From assembly GCA_964230555.1 (NCBI GenBank), contig CAXRIX010000080.1:6044-70043 (forward strand): a DNA stretch of 64,000 bases. The letters run 5' to 3'. Positions 10,941-19,610 of the stretch are shown one piece after another (the first letter of the stretch is position 1; each line of letters starts with the position of its first letter). The notes beneath the pieces are model-generated. The model ran no database searches, had not been told where the DNA came from, and saw nothing but the letters and a program-made list of their open reading frames with translations. The position numbers and the translations under genes were made by a program. Source of the DNA: Bdellovibrionales bacterium (GTDB lineage: Bacteria; Bdellovibrionota; Bdellovibrionia; Bdellovibrionales; JAGQZY01).

Positions 10941-11901
10941 ACTTTTTGGCCAACCCCTTCACTAGTGATTTTGATTTCAATTGCCCGTTGCGAATGATGG
11001 AGCGCAATGATTTGTAGGAAGTAATATTGTGTCCGCTTAATGAAATTTTGATGACCTCATCGACAACGGGAGGTTTCAACAGAACCGGCAACGATTTTTG
11101 CGCGACCCAAATTAATGAACTCTCTGAACTTTCAAGCCGCTTGTTCTCGGGCACCAAAGAGTTCTCAGAAACAACATCCACATAAACAATCAACTCCGCT
11201 CCCTCGCTTCGCAATTGCGCTGCGACGTCAGCAACGCCCATCGGATTGGCGCCAACTGGATTAACTTTGAAGTGCGGAGGCAAGGCCCAGCAAGAACGCA
11301 CTGCGTTTCTCATTCGTCCCGAACGACGAACTCCAACTTTTTCTTTAGCCAGGTTCGCGAAGGGACAAGTGAATGGCACACTGAGGTTTGAAATCGCTTT
11401 GCCACCAAATATTTTATTAAGGAAGCCATCAAAAGTCGAAGCCTTAACCCCTTGTTTCCCTGAGGAAAAGAAACCTGAATTATCAAATTTATCCACTGGA
11501 AGCTTTAAAAGATTCCATTCTACAGAGTGAGCCTTTCGATCGACGGCATAAGCGCCCGCCACCAAAGCGCCCCACTCAACACCGGCGATGGTATGAATCG
11601 GAATCTTTTGAGTTTCTAATTCTTGTAAAAAACCAATATGAGCGTAGCTTAGCGCTCCTCCGGCTCCTAGAATCAGACCCAACTTTGGCGGGTCTTTTTG
11701 CAAAAATTCGGGGGCTTCGGCTTGAACTTCTGGAGCCTGATTCTCGGCCACAGGTTTTGATGGATCAAGCTGTCCACCTTGTTGCCGCTGCCGTTGTTGC
11801 TCGACTTCTTTGCGAGTTTTAAAGTTCAACGAATTACAAGAAAGCAGGCCCACACTTAAAAGGCTAAGGACGAGACCAAATAAGAAATTCTTTGTTGCCA
11901 T
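10930..11901 (-). CDS. patatin-fold lipoprotein, predicted catalytically inactive
   Basis: lipobox LLSC; LILGAGGALSYAHIG oxyanion motif; nucleophile elbow reads GVEWG instead of GxSxG. Confidence 0.8.
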   Translation of the reverse strand: MATKNFLFGLVLSLLSVGLLSCNSLNFKTRKEVEQQRQRQQGGQLDPSKPVAENQAPEVQAEAPEFLQKDPPKLGLILGAGGALSYAHIGFLQELETQKIPIHTIAGVEWGALVAGAYAVDRKAHSVEWNLLKLPVDKFDNSGFFSSGKQGVKASTFDGFLNKIFGGKAISNLSVPFTCPFANLAKEKVGVRRSGRMRNAVRSCWALPPHFKVNPVGANPMGVADVAAQLRSEGAELIVYVDVVSENSLVPENKRLESSESSLIWVAQKSLPVLLKPPVVDEVIKISLSGHNITSYKSLRSIIRNGQLKSKSLVKGLAKKYAY

Positions 11902-12646
11902 TTTCTCCCTCTATCGGTGAATCAATAGTGTCCACCACTTCTAACGTATTTTGACGCAAAACCTCAATTATTTTCTTTTTTGCTTTGTGGAGTCCTTCTT
12001 CAGTTTTTACCACACCTTTTTTGTTCAAGTCTGATTTGCTGAGCTCAAACTGAGGCTTCAGCAAGGTTACCATATTACCGTTAGGAGCCAAGAGGCTTCT
12101 GAGATTTGGAATAATAAGACTTAGCGAAATAAATGAAACATCGACAACGATGATATCGAAGTAAGAGGTTGCACTATCTTTAAAAAAAGGCGCTAAAATG
12201 GATTCCGGAAGTGGGTCCCTAGCATTAATCTTGTCATGGGAGATAAGACGGTCATCATTCACCAGGCTGGGGTGAAGTTGTCGGGTGCCAACATCAACGC
12301 CCAATATTCGTGAAACATCATGTTTTAAAAGATAGTCTGAAAATCCGCCTGTTGATAAGCCAACATCAAGGACAACCTGGCCCTTTAAAGGAATTTGGAA
12401 GGTCTCCATCGCTTTTTTTATTTTAAGGGCGCCACGAGAAACGTACGAGAACTCTTCGTCTTGGTTGACTCGAATATGTTCGGCGCCGATGCGATCACTA
12501 TCGATTTTAGCGCCTGGACGAGTTTCAACCTTCCAGTCTGTTTGAAAAATTTCAACCCGCCCTTTTGCAATGAGGGCCTGTAACTTGGAACGACTCCAAC
12601 CGGGATACAGGTCCTGGAGAAATTGATCGAGGCGCTTTTTGCTCAT
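11864..12646 (-). CDS. tlyA: TlyA-family RNA methyltransferase
   Basis: KRLD S4 domain, YVSRGALK, DVGLSTGGF, DVSFISL, KPQFE, SPIEGENGNKEFL. Confidence 0.95.
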   Translation of the reverse strand: MSKKRLDQFLQDLYPGWSRSKLQALIAKGRVEIFQTDWKVETRPGAKIDSDRIGAEHIRVNQDEEFSYVSRGALKIKKAMETFQIPLKGQVVLDVGLSTGGFSDYLLKHDVSRILGVDVGTRQLHPSLVNDDRLISHDKINARDPLPESILAPFFKDSATSYFDIIVVDVSFISLSLIIPNLRSLLAPNGNMVTLLKPQFELSKSDLNKKGVVKTEEGLHKAKKKIIEVLRQNTLEVVDTIDSPIEGENGNKEFLIWSRP

Positions 12647-13467
12647 TGTTGGCGTGAAAAATTAAAGTGAATTAGGTCTCTAAGGAAAGTCGAATCAAGT
12701 TGGAGTTCATTCAATTGATTAAAGATTCTTTCAGTCAAACTTTGCAAGTGTTGCTCACTCCCCACGACACCTAAAAAATTAATAAAACTGGCGTCGTCTT
12801 CCTCTTCAGCATCGAGCAAGTCATCTTTGATCTGAAACGCCAATCCAAGTTGCATTCCCAGTTCAGAAAAATCTTGTGGATTGCGTCCAGCGATCAGCGC
12901 TGGTCCCGCAAAACAAAGTGCAATCAGTTGACCGGTTTTCATTTCATGGAGGTGAATTAGGTCTGAAAGACTATCGGTCGACGCGCCTTTTCCAAGGTCC
13001 AACACCTGACCACGAATCATACCGCTAAGGCCGGCCGCCTTGGAAAGGTGCTCCACCAAAAGACCCGCAAGCTGAGGATACGCCCGAGCCGCCATTAAAA
13101 AGGCCTCGGTTAATAAAGCATCTCCTGCCAACAGAGCCATGTCTTCAGAGAATTTGATGTGATTTGTCGGCTGACCTCGGCGCACTTCATCATTATCCAT
13201 GCACGGCAGGTCGTCATGAATCAAAGAATATGTATGAATGGCTTCCACTGCCATTGCAAAAGGAGTCACCTGACCCTCTTTAAGTCCCATAGCCTCCCCG
13301 GCGGCATAACACAACAGAGGGCGAAAACGCTTACCACCATTGAAAAACGAATACTCAATGGAGTCCAAAAGAGTGGCGACGTTGCTGGCCTCGGCACGAC
13401 GATGAGCAAAGTATTCTTTGCTGGCTTTCTCAAAGGCCTGCGAATATTTTTCTGCGGCTTCGATCAT
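12643..13467 (-). CDS. ispA: geranyltranstransferase / farnesyl diphosphate synthase
   Basis: GGKRFRP, SLIHDDLPCMDND, RRGQPT, KTG, AFQIKDDLLD. Confidence 0.95.
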   Translation of the reverse strand: MIEAAEKYSQAFEKASKEYFAHRRAEASNVATLLDSIEYSFFNGGKRFRPLLCYAAGEAMGLKEGQVTPFAMAVEAIHTYSLIHDDLPCMDNDEVRRGQPTNHIKFSEDMALLAGDALLTEAFLMAARAYPQLAGLLVEHLSKAAGLSGMIRGQVLDLGKGASTDSLSDLIHLHEMKTGQLIALCFAGPALIAGRNPQDFSELGMQLGLAFQIKDDLLDAEEEDDASFINFLGVVGSEQHLQSLTERIFNQLNELQLDSTFLRDLIHFNFSRQQ

Positions 13468-13679
13468 TTTTCAAATTCTTCAAGAACAGGATCGCCATTG
13501 GCATCAACACCGACAAGTTTTTTGACCTTTTGTTCGGCTTCACTCAGTTCTTTATTACAATCCCGTGAAAGTTTGACGCCTTCTTCGAACAGCTTGAGGC
13601 TATCATCTAAAGAGATATCTCCAGCCTCCATTTTTCCGACAATTTCTTCCAGTCGAGTTAATTTCTTTTCAAAACTCAT
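13464..13679 (-). CDS. xseB: exodeoxyribonuclease VII small subunit
   Basis: SFEKKLTRLEEIV..LDDSLKLFEEGVKL..C..L..AEQKV; lies between xseA and ispA. Confidence 0.95.
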   Translation of the reverse strand: MSFEKKLTRLEEIVGKMEAGDISLDDSLKLFEEGVKLSRDCNKELSEAEQKVKKLVGVDANGDPVLEEFEK

Positions 13680-15139
13680 GACTGCTCCTTATTTTTTGTT
13701 TTAATCACTTCGGCTTCGATAAGGCCGTCGCGCAATTCAATTTCAATGGTTTTTTCTTTTAAACTTTTAATATCCGGCACTAACTGTCCCTTTTGGCGAA
13801 CAATTCCATAGCCGCGATCGACCGTTCGCAAAGGGCTTAGGCTGTCTAGTAAAGAGGTTTGCCTTTGGTAGGAACTCTGTTTTTTCTCTAAAACCTGCTT
13901 CATTAAGCTTGTTAACATTTTTAACAGCGCTTGATTTTGCTGACGGTGAGAATCCAGAACCGCCTGCGGACTCACCAGGCCCTTCGACAAAGCCGCGGTC
14001 CGTAATTTTAAATTCTCTATATTTCGCAACAAGGCTTGTTGCAGCCTCTGAGTCCAGTCGTCCAGTCTCATCATGCAATCTTCTAAATACTTACGAGGAT
14101 CCAGCAATCGTTTCTCGAAATACTGAACCTGGGCCCGATGGTCGCGTATTTTTTGATAAATCATCAATCGCAACGAGCGGCTAAAAAACTGTAATTTCTC
14201 GACAAGCTCTTGCTCGCTTTTGGCTACCACTTCGGCCGCTGCTGAGGGTGTTGGGGCGCGCAGATCAGCGACAAAGTCGGCGATCGTAAAATCAACTTCG
14301 TGGCCAACGGCCGAAATAATCGGAATTTTTGAACTGTGAATGGCGCGGGCGACAACCTCTTCGTTGAAACACCAAAGGTCTTCAATCGAACCACCACCCC
14401 GGCCAACGATCAACACATCAAAACCGCCGACCTGGTTGGCCAATTGAATTCCGCGCACGACCTCTGCGGCCGCGGAGTCACCCTGAACGCGGGCTGGAAT
14501 CACTATGACTTGGGCGCGCTTCGATCGTCTTTTTAAGACATTCAATATATCTTGAATTGCAGCTCCCGTGGGTGAGGTCACCACACCAATACTTTGCGGA
14601 AACTTTGGGATCGGTTTTTTTAAGCCTTGATCAAACAGTCCCTCATCACCGAGCTTTTTTTTCAGTTGCTCAAAAGCTTTTTGTAAGGCGCCGGCTCCCA
14701 CAGGCTCCATGCCCTCACAAAACATTTGATAGTTGCCACGCGGTTCATAAACCGTGATCTTTCCTTGGACGATCACTTCCATTCCGCTTTCCGGTTTAAA
14801 TTTTAATCTGGAATTAAAACCACGAAACATGACGGCATTGATCTGTGCTTTGTCGTCTTTCAAGCTAAAATAAAAATGCCCCGACGTGTGGGCTTTAAAG
14901 TTTGAAATCTCTCCTTGCAACCAAACATGGGTGAACTGACCTTCCAGTTGCTGTTTAATGGCTTTATTGATTTCTGAAACAGAAAAGATATTGCGAGTTT
15001 CTTCTTCCACGGGAGCCGGCGGAGGCTCTGGCACCTTGCGCGCAGGAGTGGACTTGGTTTGAGTCGTGGCTTTCGACGGAATCTCTCGAAGAAGGTGATC
15101 CCAACGGCCTTGCCTCGACGACACGTTTTCATCAGACAT
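13676..15139 (-). CDS. xseA: exodeoxyribonuclease VII large subunit with a Pro-rich N-terminal extension
   Basis: GEISNF..HTSGHFYFSLKD, GRGGGSIEDLWCFN, SAVGHEVD, RAPTPSAAAE. Confidence 0.95.
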   Translation of the reverse strand: MSDENVSSRQGRWDHLLREIPSKATTQTKSTPARKVPEPPPAPVEEETRNIFSVSEINKAIKQQLEGQFTHVWLQGEISNFKAHTSGHFYFSLKDDKAQINAVMFRGFNSRLKFKPESGMEVIVQGKITVYEPRGNYQMFCEGMEPVGAGALQKAFEQLKKKLGDEGLFDQGLKKPIPKFPQSIGVVTSPTGAAIQDILNVLKRRSKRAQVIVIPARVQGDSAAAEVVRGIQLANQVGGFDVLIVGRGGGSIEDLWCFNEEVVARAIHSSKIPIISAVGHEVDFTIADFVADLRAPTPSAAAEVVAKSEQELVEKLQFFSRSLRLMIYQKIRDHRAQVQYFEKRLLDPRKYLEDCMMRLDDWTQRLQQALLRNIENLKLRTAALSKGLVSPQAVLDSHRQQNQALLKMLTSLMKQVLEKKQSSYQRQTSLLDSLSPLRTVDRGYGIVRQKGQLVPDIKSLKEKTIEIELRDGLIEAEVIKTKNKEQS

Positions 15140-15181
15140 ACTGGACAATTAAGCAAATTATAGTGGGAAAAGAAAGAAAAA

Positions 15182-15353
15182 AAGGTCCTGTGGATGCTAG
15201 TGAATCACGAAATCCCGAATTCTACAGGTGGGTGGCTATAATAGCGATTTTAGGCTTCCCGGATCGATCCCGGGCCTGCTCACCGTCGCCAGGGACGGCC
15301 CCCAATTATATATCTATAGGATTTCTGTATTCAACATACGCACCACAGAACTT
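15182..15353 (-). ncRNA. ssrS: 6S RNA
   Basis: ~172-nt rod: CTGTGG/CCACAG, TGAAT/ATTCA and GAAATCC/GGATTTC pairings, central bubble, apical stem; minus strand carries GGTGAGCA and GGGAAGCCTAAAA..CACCCACCTG resembling 6S conserved segments; followed by a T-rich tract. Confidence 0.8.
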
Positions 15354-15412
15354 AGATTCAACATAACAAAATCCGAGAAAAATATCATTTATTTTTCGCC
15401 ACTAAAGGGAAT

Positions 15413-15766
15413 TTGAGACGCATGGCTCGGTTAAAAGATCGGGTTTTTAGAAAGTTTTCATTAAAAACTTGCAATTTATTGTTGGCTTCGTTCTTGCTCT
15501 CAGCCTTTTTGGCTAAAAAAATAAAGTTCAAAAATCAGTTTTCCGATACCTTTTGTATGATTGCAGAGCTTGATTTTTACTTCCCGTTTATCGTTCTTCT
15601 TTATGGCGCCATCATGAGCTTGGTGACTCATCTTCCCCATCTGAAGGAGCAAGCCAATCAGTCGATGAGTCCGGAACTTCTGCAATGGTTTTACGGTCAC
15701 CGGATCATGGGAAATGTCTGTTTGTTCGTCGGGGCAATGTGGAGCCTGCAGAGACTGTTTATCTGA
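15413..15766 (+). CDS. small hypothetical membrane protein
   Basis: two to three hydrophobic segments; true start uncertain (could be ATG 15422 or later). Confidence 0.5.
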   Translation: MRRMARLKDRVFRKFSLKTCNLLLASFLLSAFLAKKIKFKNQFSDTFCMIAELDFYFPFIVLLYGAIMSLVTHLPHLKEQANQSMSPELLQWFYGHRIMGNVCLFVGAMWSLQRLFI

Positions 15767-15793
15767 CTGTCTGTCGAGTTTTGCCAGAAATCC

Positions 15794-15808
15794 GTCTCAT
15801 AATGAAAC
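15794..15808. promoter_or_regulatory. palindromic motif copy (1 mismatch)
   Basis: gtctcataatgaaac upstream of secreted-protein gene 15871. Confidence 0.5.
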
Positions 15809-15870
15809 AACTCAATTTGCGACGGCCCATTCATTGGTTATAATAAAGGTTGTAGTTTTAGGGGGAAAAC

Positions 15871-16770
15871 ATGACTTGGTTAATACTGTTAACTCTTAGT
15901 TTTCTTAATTTTAGTAACCCAGCCATCGCTGTTGTCGAAGAATTAACGGATGAAGAGTATCAAGCTTTACGTCAGATGCGAAATCAAGGTGGCTCTGGTG
16001 GAGTGGGTGGTTCCGGATGTCTACAGTCTCTGTTACAAGGGACAAGCCAAGGTATCTCTAACACTCTAGCCGCCCAAAACAACGAAGCCAACGCCATGAT
16101 GGGAATCTCTAAACAATATATGGAGTTAGAACAACAATGTGGTAATGATTTAGCTGAGATCACCATGCAATTGAACCAAGCCGAAGCCGACCATGAAGAA
16201 AAACTCATGATGCTTCCGGCTGAAATTGATTTACAGAAAATCGAATATGAAGAAGCTTTGTTAGCCGTGAACCAAGAATGTGAAGCCAGTTCTGGCCAGG
16301 TATTTATGGAATGGAAACAGATGGTTTCTGACGGTGTGGTCACTCCTGAACGAGGGGGGCCGATGGCTCTTTTCTCTCGAGGTCAGAACATCAATCGCTA
16401 TCAGAAACTCTTTTACGACGATTGTCTAGCTAGCAAAAACAATGTCAAACGAGTGGATCTGCTAGCCAAAAAACTCAACGCCAACATTAAAATGTTGCAA
16501 GCCGGTATCGATGCTTCGGCTATGAAGCTCGCTTCGCTGTCTGAGAACCTAAGTTTTAAGCAAGGAATGGTCGTCGAAAACTGTATGCGTGCTGAGGACC
16601 AATTGGATTACCAGGCGCAACTGGCTCGCAGCATGGCTTCGGCTACCAACTCGGCGGCGCGCACCAATAATTTTTTGGGCATGATCAGTACAGTGGCTGT
16701 TTGTATGGGAGGACCGGGCAATGCCATGGACACCACCGTCAATGGTGCTAGCTCTTCGGCCACGAACTAA
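15871..16770 (+). CDS. secreted helical protein with spaced cysteines (hypothetical)
   Basis: signal peptide, Gly linker, six Cys, Q/E/M-rich helices; GGGGG SD. Confidence 0.8.
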   Translation: MTWLILLTLSFLNFSNPAIAVVEELTDEEYQALRQMRNQGGSGGVGGSGCLQSLLQGTSQGISNTLAAQNNEANAMMGISKQYMELEQQCGNDLAEITMQLNQAEADHEEKLMMLPAEIDLQKIEYEEALLAVNQECEASSGQVFMEWKQMVSDGVVTPERGGPMALFSRGQNINRYQKLFYDDCLASKNNVKRVDLLAKKLNANIKMLQAGIDASAMKLASLSENLSFKQGMVVENCMRAEDQLDYQAQLARSMASATNSAARTNNFLGMISTVAVCMGGPGNAMDTTVNGASSSATN

Positions 16771-16805
16771 TAGACTCCAAGGAGTCATTGAATTAAAATG
16801 ACTCC

Positions 16806-19499
16806 ATGTCTAAGTTAAAAAAAATCACACTTGTATTTGTTGTTCTTGGGGCCCTCGGCCTCGCCTCTGGTCTAGGTGTTTACTTTTATTACGCCAGCTC
16901 CTTACCGCCACTTTTTTCAGTCGAGGACTACGATCCTCTTTTAGTCAGTGAAGTGTACGCTCGCAACGGCGAAAAGATTGGTGAGTTCTATCGCGAAAAC
17001 CGCAAGCTTGTGGATGTTGAAGAGATTCCACAGGACTTAATCAATGCCTTTTTGGCAGCTGAGGACTCTAACTTTTACACCCACAATGGATTTAACTTTA
17101 AAGGAATCTTTCGTGCGGTGATTGCCAACTTAACTTCGGGAGAACGCTCGCAAGGGGCTTCAACAATAACCCAGCAGGCCGCCCGAACTCTGTTTTTAAG
17201 CTCCGAAAAGACTTATGCTCGAAAATTAAAGGAAGCGATATTGGCCCGACGCATGGAAGCCAATATGACAAAAGAAGAAATTCTTTATCTTTACTTGAAT
17301 CAGATTTATTTCGGCCAAGGTGCCTATGGCGTTGCCTCAGCCGCCGAGACTTTTTTCAGGAAAAAGGTTAAAGACTTAACCTTGGCTGAGATGGCCGTGA
17401 TTGCAGGCTCTCTCACCGCACCCAGTGCTTACAACCTTGTCGCCAATCCCGACCGCGCCAAAATTCGCCAAAAATATGTTTTAAAGCGGATGCTTGAAAC
17501 AGAGCGAATCACCCAAGAACAGTACGACGTGGCAGCTAATGAGACTCTGACTGTTTATCGCACCAAGAAGTACAAAGAAGTCGCTCCCTATTTTGTAGAA
17601 ACAATCCGTCAATTGCTAGTCGCCGAATTGGGCGAGAACATGATTCTTGATAAAGGGATTAAAATATACTCGTCCTTAGACTTCGATGCTCAAAAGAAAG
17701 CGCAGGCCAGTTTGCGACGGGGCTTAAGAGAACTTGATAAACGTCAAGGTTTTCGCGGCCCTAACGGTACATTAGACATTGAAAACCAAGAAGCTTTGGT
17801 TGAGTTTCTAACCAAAGAAAGAAACCGGTTGATCGACGACGCCTATGCCACCTTTCAGGTTTTTGCCGATGGTTCAACCGATGAGTACGGGGAGTTTTCT
17901 GAATATCAAGAAAAAGATGGCAAAGGTGAAGTCACTTCAAATATCCCTCCTTACACCAAAGTCGGAGAAATCGTCAGTGGTGTTGTCACCGAAGTGGATG
18001 ATGATAACAAATTGGTTATGGTTCGTTTTGCGGAATCGAAAGGAATTATTCCGATGGACCGTATGGCTTGGGCCCGAGAACCAGACCCAAGTAAAATTTA
18101 TGGCGAATATCTTCATATCGACAAACCCTCGGAAGCTCTCAAGCCGGGCGACATCATTGATGTTGAACTGGTTGCAGAGACGGCAAAAAAAGTAAAGGTC
18201 GGGAAAAACTTTAAAGCCAACCTAAAAGACTTTGCTGAATTAGCACTCGAGCAAGAACCCAAAGCCGAAGCCGCCCTTTTGTCACTGGATTTAAAAACCG
18301 ATGACATTGTTGCCATGGTCGGAGGCTCCAATTTCCGCAAAACCAAACTCAATCGCACCTACCAAGCCGTCCGACAGACAGGATCATCTTTTAAACCCAT
18401 CCTTTACGCCGCCGGCCTTGATAAGGGCTTAACTCCGGCCAGCCCGATCATGGGGGCGCCAATCGTTTACAACCAAGAGACCGGCGAAACTGAGGAAGTC
18501 GAAGAAGGAGCAAAGGTTCAGGAGTCTGCCGAAAACCAAGAAAAAAAGGTCTGGAAGCCAGGAAACTACGGCGGTCGATTTACAGGCGACATCCTGTTGA
18601 GAAACGCACTTAAAAAATCTCTGAACACTCCAACGATTCGTATTCTTGAAAAAACCGGCGTTTCGTTTGCTGCTGAGTACGCCCGACGCCTTGGCATTTT
18701 TAGCCCTATTAATATGGACATGTCTTTGGCTTTGGGATCAAGTGGTGCCACATTGTACGAAATGACCAAGGTGTATTCAACATTTGCTAAGCTTGGAAAA
18801 AATGTAAAGCCCATTATCATTCATGAAATAAAAGACCGAGAAGGGGAAATCTTAGCCCAGCAGGTGTCATTTGATTTGCACTTTAAAGAGTCGATCGGAA
18901 GTGTGAAAGATGAGTTTAAGAAAAAGCGCGAACAGTACGAAGAAAGATTGATGGCACAGGATGAAGAAACTCAAAAAGTGTCGCCATTCTTTTTCAATGA
19001 TCCCGATCAATTGATATCCCCCCAAACAGCTTTTTTGACCACAACTCTTCTACAGGCTGTCGTCAATGAATCCGGTGGAACTGGAGGCCGAGCCCGTCGC
19101 TTAAACAGAGAAGTGGCCGGAAAAACCGGCACAACCAATGGCTATTATGATGCTTGGTTCATGGGTTACACTCCACAGGTGAGTGCCGGGGTTTGGGTCG
19201 GGTTCGATCAGGAAAAAAGCTTGGGCCGTGGCGAGGCCGGAAGCCGAGCCGCTTTACCCATTTGGTTGGAGTATATGCAAGGTGTTCACAATGACAGTTC
19301 CAAAGAGAACTTTCCCATTCCTAACAATATTGTATTTGCCAATATCGATAATGAAACTGGGAAGTTGGCCACAGCCAGAAGCCATGAAGTGGTTCGCCAG
19401 GCCTTTATCAGCGGAACCGAGCCGGGCTTGGAAAATGAAGAAGAAGTCCAACGCCAAGAAGAAGAGGACAAAACCGATTTTTATCGACAGGAATTCTAG
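16806..19499 (+). CDS. mrcA: penicillin-binding protein 1A (class A, transglycosylase + transpeptidase)
   Basis: AAEDSNFYTH, QGASTITQQ, RKLKE, YLNQIYFG; RQTGSSFKP (SxxK), SLN, KTGT. Confidence 0.95.
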   Translation: MSKLKKITLVFVVLGALGLASGLGVYFYYASSLPPLFSVEDYDPLLVSEVYARNGEKIGEFYRENRKLVDVEEIPQDLINAFLAAEDSNFYTHNGFNFKGIFRAVIANLTSGERSQGASTITQQAARTLFLSSEKTYARKLKEAILARRMEANMTKEEILYLYLNQIYFGQGAYGVASAAETFFRKKVKDLTLAEMAVIAGSLTAPSAYNLVANPDRAKIRQKYVLKRMLETERITQEQYDVAANETLTVYRTKKYKEVAPYFVETIRQLLVAELGENMILDKGIKIYSSLDFDAQKKAQASLRRGLRELDKRQGFRGPNGTLDIENQEALVEFLTKERNRLIDDAYATFQVFADGSTDEYGEFSEYQEKDGKGEVTSNIPPYTKVGEIVSGVVTEVDDDNKLVMVRFAESKGIIPMDRMAWAREPDPSKIYGEYLHIDKPSEALKPGDIIDVELVAETAKKVKVGKNFKANLKDFAELALEQEPKAEAALLSLDLKTDDIVAMVGGSNFRKTKLNRTYQAVRQTGSSFKPILYAAGLDKGLTPASPIMGAPIVYNQETGETEEVEEGAKVQESAENQEKKVWKPGNYGGRFTGDILLRNALKKSLNTPTIRILEKTGVSFAAEYARRLGIFSPINMDMSLALGSSGATLYEMTKVYSTFAKLGKNVKPIIIHEIKDREGEILAQQVSFDLHFKESIGSVKDEFKKKREQYEERLMAQDEETQKVSPFFFNDPDQLISPQTAFLTTTLLQAVVNESGGTGGRARRLNREVAGKTGTTNGYYDAWFMGYTPQVSAGVWVGFDQEKSLGRGEAGSRAALPIWLEYMQGVHNDSSKENFPIPNNIVFANIDNETGKLATARSHEVVRQAFISGTEPGLENEEEVQRQEEEDKTDFYRQEF

Positions 19500-19610
19500 A
19501 CCCTAGTGGTCTCAGGCCTTCGGGTGAATCGAGGGCCTGCACAGCGCCAAAGGCGCTATCAACGGCGAAATCCCTATTAAATATTGCCACGATCTGATAG
19601 GCTCCTGAGC

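Noticed and set aside
19513-19557. Two GC-rich hairpins after PBP1A as a terminator or REP element
   Set aside because: No U-tract and no further copies seen; role unsupported.
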